This document shows positions 37,799 through 49,459 of a DNA stretch of 64,000 nucleotides, in pieces. Below the pieces are notes generated by a model. That model ran no database searches and was not told where the DNA came from. It saw only the letters and a program-made list of their open reading frames with translations. The position numbers were made by a program, and so were the translations under genes. Source of the stretch: Sphaerodactylus townsendi (Eukaryota); NCBI RefSeq assembly GCF_021028975.2, contig NC_059436.1:29760001-29824000 (forward strand). The letters run 5' to 3'. The number at the start of each line of letters is the position of its first letter. Position 1 is the first letter of the stretch.

Positions 37799-39467
37799 TT
37801 TTGCTATCGATATGGATAGTTAGACATAGTGGCTGTGTAACTTGATTTCTGTCGTGAAGTTGTTTGTTGGAAGAGTTTCTTGATACATATAATGTAATGG
37901 TCTTCTGCCAGTTGTTACTACAGCTCAAAAATATAATATTTATTTGATAGTTAAAATTTCTAAATGTATTCATTGTTTCGGTATCACACAGGTCTGAAGC
38001 AGAAAGAAAATGTTTTATTTTGTTTGGCTACAAGTATTTTGTAGCGTGTAGAAATGAAACAGTAAAAATTAACAGGGAAGAAATTTCAAGACTGATAACA
38101 TAGAGTAATTGTCACCTGTAATGTATAAGTTACCTCAATACTTGTATGGATGGTTAAAAAGGTTGAAGACAGGATGTATGCCTTTAGTAGAGGCTCTTTA
38201 TCCAAACTCTCTCCTCCCCCCCCCCATCAAAAAAAGTGTGAATGTGGCAAACTCATCTTTCTTCCTCCTAAACTCTCAGACTGACTTGTGCTGGCATTCA
38301 ACCTTCATGATTGTCTTGGCAGCCCGAGCCAGTTGAAGAAGAGATCGGAGTCAGTTTTGTTGGCTTTTCCTAGCCCTGGCTTGACCTGTCTTTCCTGTAC
38401 AGAAGGAGAGAGAAAGAAGAACTTCATTGTGCTTCAGGGCTTTCGGGGCTCGGTTCTGCTCCGCAGTAGCTTCTGAATCCTCCTGCTCTGTGGTTTACAA
38501 GAGCCAGTGTCACTATTCAGGGTTCATACAGACTGTGGAAGAGGAGATGTTGATGTTTCTGTAGTTAATTAAGTAGGACATAACTTACCAGGATAACAAA
38601 CTAACACATCTACTACTACTATCAAAATAATAAAATAACAGTGCAACCCTGTTTCTACTCCTCAATTTACTCATGCTGCCCTTTCTTTCCTTTTCTCTCT
38701 CCCTGGCTGTCGTTTTCCAGTTGTTTCTCTCCTCCCTTGATCTCAATTTACAGCATTTAGAGTAATGAGTGATAAGAGGGTTATTAGAAGGGTAGAGCCA
38801 GAAGCAGAGAAGGAAAGAGATGACATGTGGAGAGATTACCAGTTTGGCGCAGAAGAAAATCTCAGAAGTAATGGAAGAGTAGCAAAGGGTAGAGGTGATT
38901 ATTTCGATGGTGTAGTAGTATTTTACATAATTCTTTCCAGATATTATCTCTTCCTCTAAATCATATTCCCCTGTATCGAAGTACATTAAACCTGCATAGG
39001 AAGTGGTGTCATGTTGGTATTTCATCTCATCCTTATTTTTGATGTTGCAACGAAGATCTCTGCCTGACAGGTCATGGCCCAATGAATGCTTTCTGTTGTC
39101 CTCTGCATTCTTTACTAGTCAGGGATGGTGTGGCAAAAAATCTGAGTTATCGTGGTCCTTTCCTCCTCCTCACCTCTGTGTGTAGCACCTTTTAGCTGAC
39201 ATCAACATTCCTATTTTTTTAACCTTTCTGGATGTTAATGTAAATACAATATAGCTTTTCAGATTCTTCAACAAAGAACATACTAATTGTGGTGCAGTGC
39301 CTGAGAAATTAAGCATCCAAGGAAACCCAAAGTAATAATACATAGACAGTGGAGTAAACACAGTAGAACATGAGGGGAGGGCAGAGTCATCTCCCAAAGG
39401 CCCTCCCTCTAGTTTCCTTCTAAGTTCTCATGGTAGATTGAGACAAATTCTCAAGACAAATTCTACC

Positions 39468-39535
39468 GGAGACAAATTCCTTGTGTGTCCAATCACACTT
39501 GGCCAATAAAGATTCTATTCTATTCTATTCTATTC
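39468..39535 (+). mobile_element. 3' tip of a non-LTR retrotransposon with (ATTCT)n tail (Rex1-like)
   Basis: GACAAATTCCTTGTGTGTCCAATCACACTTGGCCAATAAAG followed by (ATTCT)4-5. Confidence 0.55.
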
Positions 39536-39959
39536 ATTTTTTTTTCTCTTGGCTGTCTCTTTGGCTTTCCAGTCCTGTCCTTGATGCCACTTATCCCGCT
39601 TCAGGTTTTGCATAGAATCTTTAGGTGAAAGAAGCAGTGGTATTGTTTGTTTCTTTATTTAAAATAATGTTAAATAGAACATAACTGAACAGGCTAACGT
39701 ATCTGCTGCTACTAAAGATCAAAGATGGTAGGTAAAGAAGTCCTAGCCATGAACATGCAAAGTAATTCAGGAGCGATTGGGGGTATACACTAACTGTAGG
39801 TGGATAGCAACCTTATTCAGGAAATTATATGCAAACTGTTAATTATCTGCGGCGTCATGGTTCTGTTTTTTAAATGTTCTATCTGGAGAGCTGGTGCTGC
39901 ACCTGGCATCCAGACTTTTATTTCAGTTTCTGTAGGTTTTTTGAGACATTTGTAATTAA

Positions 39960-40410
39960 TTAACAACCAAGCCCTTATTGGCATGTAGGACGATACAGAT
40001 AGGATCCAAAAAACAAATTTAAAACAATCCCCAAAGAAAATAATAATAGAGAATCTCTTAATAACAGAGTGACACTACAAAATTAAGAAGAGCAGAGCTA
40101 TCCTTTAGAGTGTATAATTCTAGGAAAAACTTGGCCACCAATTCACAAACTACAAGAATTATTTAGCAAGTGTAAGATCTTTTAAGTATCTGATATTCTG
40201 TTCAAGAGAAGAACATTTGCATATTTTCCCCTCATTCCCTCATATTCAGTGCAGTGGAAGAGGGAATGGGCTAAAGATTCCAGTTGATTTGAATTACAGG
40301 AGCAGAATCTCTTCACACCCTGTCTTTTAAAAAATCTACCATATAGCAGCGTTGAAGGCAGAGCATTAAGCTTAGCCATTGATCTGGTTCTCCTAAGGCT
40401 AGGGTTCAGC
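39960..40410 (-). mobile_element. Non-LTR retrotransposon 3' fragment with CCHC knuckle
   Basis: Antisense translation 'AKLNALPSTLLYGRF...RFCSCNSNQLESLAHSLFHCTEY' is a C-C-H-C knuckle typical of non-LTR ORF2 C-termini. Confidence 0.6.
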
Positions 40411-40968
40411 ATTATCACTTGTGTGCAGATTTCCTGTTACTCATGCAGAAGAATTATAGCATGCCAGATGCGTGCTTGCAAGCATCTTCTTCCACTCTCC
40501 CTTCCCTTCTCCATCAGAGTATGTTGTCAGCTGGTCACTTCCTTGGCCAAAAGAGGGAAGCAAACATCCCAGTCTAAATGTATGACTAGAGCTCACTTCA
40601 TCATTCGTCTGTTGGTGGGAAGGGACTCTCCAGTGCAGACAACAAACATAGTACAGGAAGGATTTTGCCAAATTCTTTTAGTAAGGGCTTCAGAAGGTAC
40701 AGGCAAGTAGCTAAGATTTCCTGTCTTCAGGGAACTGAAATCTGCTTTGCTGGTCTCTCTATGAATAGCTATCCATATAGTTTTGAATAGGACTCTGCAC
40801 ACATGTTTCCTTAAAACCTTTCTTGCAAGACTTGACATTTTCAGGGTTTTAGTTGTCGACTTGTATACAGAAAAAGTACAAAGGAGTTTGTAGAATGTAT
40901 GTGTTCTGACTAGCTAGGACACAGGCTTGCTTTAGTCTCATGACTTTAACGTCAGTGTGTGGAAAATT

Positions 40969-41107
40969 GGCAACTCTAACATACTTGGTGAAACAACTGC
41001 CAAATATGGCAACTCTAACACACTTGGTGGAACAACTGCCAAATTCTTGGTGAAACAACTGCCAAAATATGGCAACTCTAACATACTTGGTGAAACAACT
41101 GCCAAAT
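40969..41107. repeat. Minisatellite, ~39-bp unit, ~3.7 copies
   Basis: GGCAACTCTAACATACTTGGTGAAACAACTGCCAAATAT repeated, third copy partial. Confidence 0.9.
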
Positions 41108-42523
41108 GCTTTGTTTCATTGCTGGATTTCTGCTGAGTTTCTGTAGTATTAGAAAAGTGAATCCCCTGTGTGCATCGAGAGCCCTGGCCAGGGAGGGAAG
41201 GAAGAATAATAGCCTTGCTGGAAAATATTGAGGACTACATCTGATCATAAACCCTGGCTTCAGCCATGAGTAGTATGTGCCTACTATTTACCCTTGGGAA
41301 TGCCTGTGCAGCAGTCTAGTCACTGGCAGGAAGATTGACCTTGAGGTGACCCTGAGGTGGCCTCAGAAGGGAGAATAAAATTTCCCTTAATTCAGAAGCA
41401 ACTGCTGGGAAAAGGAGACACATGACACAACTTTTTTAGCGGGACACATTTTGGAATATGTAGTATATCACTGATAACTTGTTGAAGGAATGCTTGAATT
41501 TGACCAAATACAGGAAAAATATTTTACTGATTCAACAATTAAAACTTCGGGGTTTTTTGCATACAAGGACTTGAATATTAAAATAGTTTCAAGCCCTTAA
41601 TTAGTTGTGGAATTTTTAAAAAACCCAAACTTTGTATTAAGCATAAGGTAGGCTAAATTTATTCTATGTTTTTAGGAGCTGGTTATTAATTTTTTGGTGA
41701 AAAGAGCTTCTGAAGTGAAATTAATCTAGGGGCTGACTTTGTAAGCACAATGGATACTGATTAAATAATATCATCTTAACTTTAATTTGTTTCTTTTAAT
41801 AAAAAATTTAATTGCCTGTTACCTGAATCTCAGTAGTTACAAATTTGAATGTAAGGCCATTCACCTGAAGGTGTTTTGCTTTACATTAAAATGTTTTTTG
41901 GGGTCCTAATTTTCCAAGGTGACAGTTGAGGTAAGTATAGAGGGCTTCCTTTTCCATAGAGAACCATCCATACAGTCATAAAAATAACTGTTCCCAGGCA
42001 AATCGTAGCACAGGTATAATTCCGACTAATAATTCTAAAGCATGTGACTTTAAAATATAGCATTTTCCATGAAGTAACATCTTAATACGGTGTTGGATTC
42101 CAACTGGATCTTTCAGTTGTCTAAAATTATTTAGCTCATTTCTAAAATCATGTTTCTTAATGAAAGAGTTCAGTAACTGAATATGCTAAAACTGTTTTGG
42201 GCATCTAGCACAAGGAAACCTCTTAGGCTTGATGTATGGGTCTGTCTTTTTAGTTACAGTGCATAATTTTCATGCTAGGTTTATTCTGTGGCTGCTTATG
42301 TGTGTTGAAAATGCCTGATTTGGGGCGGGGGGGGGGGGGTGGGGAGGGAAAACTAGGCCTGTGTATTTGAGATGTTCTTGACAGTTCACTCTTCTCAGAA
42401 ATTGCCTGAGAAGCAATTGGTTAATAAAAAGGACTTTCCACCAGTGGGGTTTAGCTATTGTAGCTGGGTCTTTGTCTTTTTATTAACTCACTCTCAAATA
42501 ATAGGGCTCTGGTTATTTTGCAG

Positions 42524-42589
42524 AATGTCTCTGAAGAATGGACAGCATTGCCATGGCTAACTACAAGCTACAGTTCACAGTGGACAAAC
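42524..42589 (+). other. TIA1: TIA1 alternative PTC-containing (poison) exon in intron 6
   Basis: ttattttgcag acceptor; reads (S)MSLKNGQHCHG* in frame with exon 6; weak donor AAC|gttgta followed by a long U-rich tract. Confidence 0.75.
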
Positions 42590-43302
42590 GTTGTAGTTTT
42601 CTATTTACTTTTATAATTTTTTTTACTTTTATATATTTTGTAGTTTTCAATCAGTCCTGTATGATTGTTAATTACGAATGCCGTTTTTTAAAAGATTTAA
42701 TAGTGTGTAGTTAAAAAAAACATGTTAGTGTTTATTTTCTTCCATAATGCAACCATTTCTGAAAATGTCAATTTCTCAAAATTTACAGCTGCCCAAGTCC
42801 AAAAAGGGGGTAACGAATTGACCTGAGAAAATTAAAGAATTCAGTTAACAGGCGACGTATGCCTTTTAATTCCTATTTTTTCATTTTTTCTATTTTCTAT
42901 TTCTAATAAGTAGGTAGTATGTGTTGGCCAGTAGTAAGTTTATAAATTGCATGGTTAAAGTGACCCATTGGCTAATATGCTAGTCAGTTACATGACCCCA
43001 GTTATTCCTTGGAATAGCTGCTTTGACCATGCGTAGTGTTTTTAACAATATGTAAGAGCATTTTGAACTGTGGACCAACGACTGTAAAATATTTGTTTTT
43101 AAAAAAGCTATTGATTTGCATGTTTACAAAATTAAGTTTAATTTTGCTACCATGTGATAAAGCCTTTAGTAAAATGGAAAAATTGCTTTGTCTGTATATT
43201 GCTGGTGCATTTAAGAGATTCACTTTATTAAAGGTGAAACATGACAAAATGAGCTGCGTGTGAAAAACGTTTTTATTTGGATTTGGTTCTGTCGATGCTT
43301 AG

Positions 43303-43419
<117 letters not shown>

Positions 43420-44746
43420 TAACCAGCTTTGTGCACTGGAGAACGTTTAGCAGAATTAGCAGGTCTTTATTGCTCATGGCATTGACAAATTTAAATTATG
43501 CTTCTCAAATTAAATGGAGCTCTAGGCAAATAGTGTTCTTTTCATCTTTTTACTAGAAAGCCCCCCGTATCAACTATCCATTGTACAAAATAAAAGACAG
43601 ACCATGCAATCCTTAGATCTACTATCCTTAGGTCTACAGTCTAAAAGGCTGCAGAGAGTAATGGAGGGGAAATGTAAAGTAAGTCATTCCATTTAGCAGT
43701 GCAGATAGGCTGATGATGATCTTATCTCTCTTAGGCTCTTTCTGGGAGGGAGATAGTGCAACTTCTGTGGCCTTTGGTTCTCTGGCTAATGTCAAGAATT
43801 GACTTCCCTTTCATGATGCAACTGACACGTGGCCTTCTAGTTTAGAATAATGGTGTTCAATCATTTATGAAAGGAGAACAAACATTGCACCTCTGCTGAA
43901 TAAGAGTCTTGTTAATTGCTTTTCCATTAATTGATCACATAATTACTTAACCATAAAAAAACCACTGAAGTCCAAATGTGGTGAAGGCATTACTCTTTTA
44001 CAAATATAATCACTGCTGTGGGAAACAACCTACACTAAAATTTCCAGTGGTCTGGAAATCTTGTGCACCAATTTTGTTTGAGGCAAAACTGCTCTAACTT
44101 GCCTTGTTAATATAGCTTAATGAAGGAATCTGTATATATAAATAGTGGCCTATTTTGTGGTCTTGAAGAGGTGTTATCTCTTTCAGTCAGTAGCTGCAGC
44201 ACCTCAATAGTAGTATTCAAAATCTCTGAAAGTGACCAACTCCGTCTGTACTGAATAGTTTTGCATTAGGCAGCAGTACAATTCTGGCTTCCTAACCTTC
44301 TAATGGGTTTAATCTCATCGAATGAATGCCTTGACACCATGGAAGGTCACTTATGTCTTCCTGGACTGTGGTGTCAGGACAAAATCGGTTTTTCCCAGCA
44401 AGTTAAAAATTCAGATTAACAGTTGCATCAATGACCTTATCAATCGCCAGATAAAAATATGTTTTTAGTGACTAAATGCAGCTTTTTTATTGGCTTTTAC
44501 TTGCTAGTTCATATTTCCTTGCATAATGTGGGGGGAAAATGGACAAGCAGCAGTCCAAAAATATGCCTGTTGCAAATGCAGTTCTGTTTAAATTTGGAAC
44601 CAATTCTGTAAGCATCTAGATCAGATGCTTTAGAGCTGTATAGTAAAAAAAAGACAACAAAAGAAGACTTAGCATTGACTACACTCGTGATTTAAAAAAA
44701 TACCTATTGTTCAACCACTTCTGAAAGTATTCTCTTGTGTGGATAG

Positions 44747-44855
44747 GATGCCGAAAACGCTATTCAGCAGATGGGTGGACAGTGGCTTGGTGGAAGACAA
44801 ATAAGGACTAACTGGGCAACACGCAAACCTCCAGCTCCAAAGAATACATATGAGT
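44747..44855 (+). CDS. TIA1: TIA1 exon 8
   Basis: ggatag|[36 protein letters not shown] + T|gtaagt; 109 nt. Confidence 0.96.
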
Positions 44856-45173
44856 GTAAGTGTGTAAACTTCTGTTTTGGTCAGTAGTCATAACATATGG
44901 GTTTTTTCCTGTTTAGCCTGTAGAAGTAAGCTTTTGTGCAATAACAGGACATGTTAGGGACCAATTAATGCTCTGTCTCTAGACCAAGGGGATGAACTTT
45001 CTGAAAGGAATTTGGTTTTAATATTTCTTAAAAGGCTTACATTGCAAGCTGTTAGGGGGATACTTAGAAATACCTAGAAGTCCATGGGCTAGGACATGGG
45101 TTAGAAATTAAAGCAGAAATACTATACAAGAGATATTTCTGGTAATATCCACAACAAGAAAGCGAACAGTTAG

Positions 45174-45371
<198 letters not shown>

Positions 45372-45374
45372 TGA

Positions 45375-45467
<93 letters not shown>

Positions 45468-46163
45468 TAAGACACTGATTTGTATATTTGTATTTTTATG
45501 AGACCTGATAAACTAGATAGCTTAAGGTGCTGCAAGTCTTTGCCATCCCGTTTTGAAACTGCCTCATACAGCCTGTGGTATTGTTTGTCCCTTCAGTCGT
45601 TCCTTCAGGCATCTACTACTTCTGAGTAAATCCACCCTCTGTGGTTGCTAGCCAAACTGCTGCTTTATCTACTGGTGCGTCATTTTGATCTGCTCACCAC
45701 AGCTGAAAATCAGGCAGTTCCGATCACATTTTCAGGTGTGCATTTTTAGTTATACATGCAGAACTTTGTGTGATGCTTTCACCTGACATCTAGTGCAGGA
45801 CCGAATGACAGATGGAAACTTTGGGCCTCTGCCCCACTTTCAGTATTTTGCCAAGATCTAAGAAAGGCACTCTTCCTCATGGGCATTGTGGAGTCCACAT
45901 GCCTTGCACATACTGTATTTGCCTGAAGGAAGACAACCTGAGTGTAAGATGACTCTTCGACCTAAGGAGAGGTAATAAATAAACTTTATTGCTGTACAAA
46001 CCTGTAATTTTTAATGTGAATTTAAGATGCCTCCCTCTTTTTTGACAGTACACCAGGAAAAAAAATGCTAGTTTTCCTTGCAGGAAAATAAGATAGTTCT
46101 GAATAATAATGTTCTTACGAGGTGAAGAAGTTCCTGCATGTCATGCTCTGCAGTATATGATAG

Positions 46164-46394
<231 letters not shown>

Positions 46395-46974
46395 TAATGA
46401 ATAGATCATTAATGTATAGCCTCATGCAGGATTCCTAATGTGACATACAGGGAAAAATGAGCTAGATGTGGAGGCATGTGCGCATGAAATATATGCAGGG
46501 TTTTGTTTCTTCTTGGAAATGTGTTGCTTATTCTTCATCTGCTGTGCTCACCTTTGTTGTACAGCTCTTAGATTACTAGTACATGCTTGAATTAAACAAT
46601 TACAGACCATTGTATGGCATGTTGGGCAGGACAAGTGCCTGAGCACCATACAGTGACTATCTTTGGTGGATGCAGTATGGGGAGGGAGAGCACAGGGGCA
46701 AAACTGCCCAGTGAAAGAGGCTGCAGATTATCACTTGATACAGGACATATTATCAGTTTGCTACATGTAGTACCTGGTTGTCACTGCATTGTTTTCTGTT
46801 GATGTAATACCATTTTTCTGCATTGTATCCGCACTCTGTATCATGTCTCATATACTATGCTTATTCATGTTTCTGGAATCTTAGAATGTTGTTTTTTAGG
46901 TATCATTTACATATCATAGTATCAATTTATACTACGTAATCCGCTTTGAATCTTGGTGAGAAAGGCACACTATA

Positions 46975-47383
46975 ACAGCCCAATCCAGATATTGGGGGGC
47001 GGAGGCTGAACTGCCATAAAAGACGGCACAAATTCATGCCACCACATTTGTCCTCCCGGCTGGTGCAAGTGTCACGCCAGCTGGGAGGGCTCCACAGCAC
47101 CCAACCCACCTCCAGATGCCACTTCCAGAGCTGTGTTGGCCTAACATGTAGGTCAGCGCAACTGGGGGTGTCCCGAGGGCATTCCCAGTAGCGGAGTCAA
47201 CATTAGTCAACTCCCACTGGGCTTTCGCCCCAGGAGCATCAGTGGTGGGGAGGACAAACCTCCATTTTCCCCCTATGCAGTGCTTTTGGGTGGCTAGGGA
47301 GATTGTTTGTTTCTTCTGCCTCCCCACTCCACCTGAAAGCCCTCTGGAGGCAGTGGGGAAGCGTGGGATCTGGATAGCGCTCT
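46975..47383. mobile_element. GC-rich MITE-like repeat (ACAGCCCAATCCAGAT ... ATCTGGATAGCGCTCT)
   Basis: Imperfect terminal inverted repeats; related to the element ending at 15542. Confidence 0.55.
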
Positions 47384-47835
47384 AAATGTAGAAAATAAAG
47401 TACTAGCACCACATCCTGAGGTTTGTGTACTGTTCCCATAGTACTGGCACAATTTTTTCTTGGAGAAGGTGCTGGGTGAATGGTAGAAATACAAATGAGA
47501 GGAAAACTACTGTCATGGCAGGCATTACTGGGGAAGATGGACCAATGTCTTGTCTCTGTATAAGGCTGCATTATACATAATACAAGTTACCTGTTAGCAT
47601 CCCTAACATTAGTGCTTTATATTTTGTAAAGAGATTTCACCATAGTATTCAAGTCTCTTGATTCAAAATGCTGTAAGACATATCATAGCACTGACTGACT
47701 AAAAAAATCCCCTTCTGATTATCTTAATTATACGTTCTTTAGGTATGTTCATTATATTTAACTCTCTGTAATTAACTGCTGCCTTTTGTCACATCTGTAC
47801 AGTGTAAGCTAACATTGATTTGTTTAATCTTTAAG

Positions 47836-47978
47836 CAAAATCAAGTGGGATATCCACCCCCTTATGGGCAGTGGGGCCAATGGTATGGAAATGCGCAACA
47901 GATTGGTCAGTACATGCCTAATGGATGGCAAGTCCCTGCATACGGAATGTATGGACAAGCATGGAATCAGGGATTTAG
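47836..47978 (+). CDS. TIA1: TIA1 exon 12 (Q/G/Y-rich prion-like domain)
   Basis: tttaag|[47 protein letters not shown] + AG|gtaggt; 143 nt. Confidence 0.95.
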
Positions 47979-49311
47979 GTAGGTCTCTGCTCAGAAGTCT
48001 TTTTCAGAATGAATTGAATTAAAGTACTTATACATGTGACCTGCACACCTCCTTGACGGACTTTGATAGAAATGATTCTCCAGATTTGTGTATCTGATAT
48101 TTTAAGCATGGAGATTTTTCTGAAATGGGAGCAGCTCTTTTTGAAATTAATCTGTACATACCTTAAACTCTGTAATTGACTAAGGGTTTGGAACAGCCGA
48201 CAACAAACCCTCAACCAGTGGGCGCTCATGACTGTCCTACATTCCCACTGGTTCAGCTTCAGTCGTCGGACACCCCCCCCCCACATTCACACACTGCCCC
48301 CTCCCAAACCCCAGCCCAAGCAACCACCCTTCTGAACCCCCAGCATGCCTAACCCCTCCCACACAAAGAAAACCTAGCCTGCCGATGACAAACACCCCAA
48401 TCCCCCATAGGTTCTTCCTTTCCTCCTCTCCCCCAAAGAACAAGCAGACCAAAAAAACCCACCCCACAATACTTAGCAACAGACTCCTCAACACTCAGCA
48501 ACGCCAGTTGCTCCCAGAGGTGAACATTGATTCTCCCAAATTTCTTCTCTTCAGCAGCATTAACATATGTGAAAAAGCCAATCAAAACTTGCCTTGCCAA
48601 CCTCCAGGTGGGGCCTAGAGATTTGGAATTACAACTGATCTCCAAACCACCGAAAACCCTGGAGAAAATGACTCCTTTGGAGGGTGGACTTTACAGAGTC
48701 CTTGAAGATGGCAACCTTACTCCCCAGATCTCCAACAGTTACTTAGGGAAAATTACCTCACTCTCTTTCCCCCGCTGCCTTATCAAATTTGGTTGTTCAG
48801 ACTGTTTCCGCTCCCTTTACACATTAGAAAACATTCAGTACCAAGCTTGCCAATCTCCATGATGTATGTACAAATTTCATGTGAATAACTTAGTTGAAGC
48901 AATTTTATTTGTATGTTTACAGCCGTTTTGGTAATTTAGATGGTACAATTGACTTGTGATATAAACAGTTCACATTAGTGATACAATTACAAGTTGAATC
49001 AAAACGTGTTTCCAAGGTAACACTTTCCAGAGAACCTTGTGCACTTGGTGCCGAGCAGCTTGGTTCCTAACTGTTTTAAGGAGATGCTGCCTTGCTTCTG
49101 TGCCCTCCAACAACAGCTGTCTAGAGCCTGTTATATTCAGCACAACAGGCTTTACTGCTAGTTCAGACATGATTGGGAACGGGTGTTGGGTTTGATAACA
49201 AAAGGAGTATTTTTAATTAGTCATCCTCTGCCTGTCCTCTTGATGCCATCGTGTTAATTTTAAAAGAATGTTTGGTAAGCTTAATCTGATCTTCCTTCCT
49301 CTTCAATCTAG

Positions 49312-49459
49312 TCAGACACAGTCTTCTGCAGCATGGATGGGTGCAAGCTATGGCGTACCACCACCTCCACCACCCCCTCCACCCCCTCCCCAAGGACAGA
49401 ATGGAAGTGTTTTAACTAGTCAAACTGGATATCGGATGGCAGGTTTTGAAACGCAGTGA
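49312..49459 (+). CDS. TIA1: TIA1 exon 13 (terminal)
   Basis: atctag|(S)[15 protein letters not shown](P)11[22 protein letters not shown]; total 392 aa with exon 5. Confidence 0.95.

Noticed and set aside
38585-39082. 165-aa minus-strand ORF in TIA1 intron 6
   Set aside because: Low-complexity antisense reading of a polypyrimidine/purine tract; no domain.
40969-41107. CRISPR-like repeat array
   Set aside because: Eukaryotic intron, head-to-tail units with no unique spacers; ordinary minisatellite.
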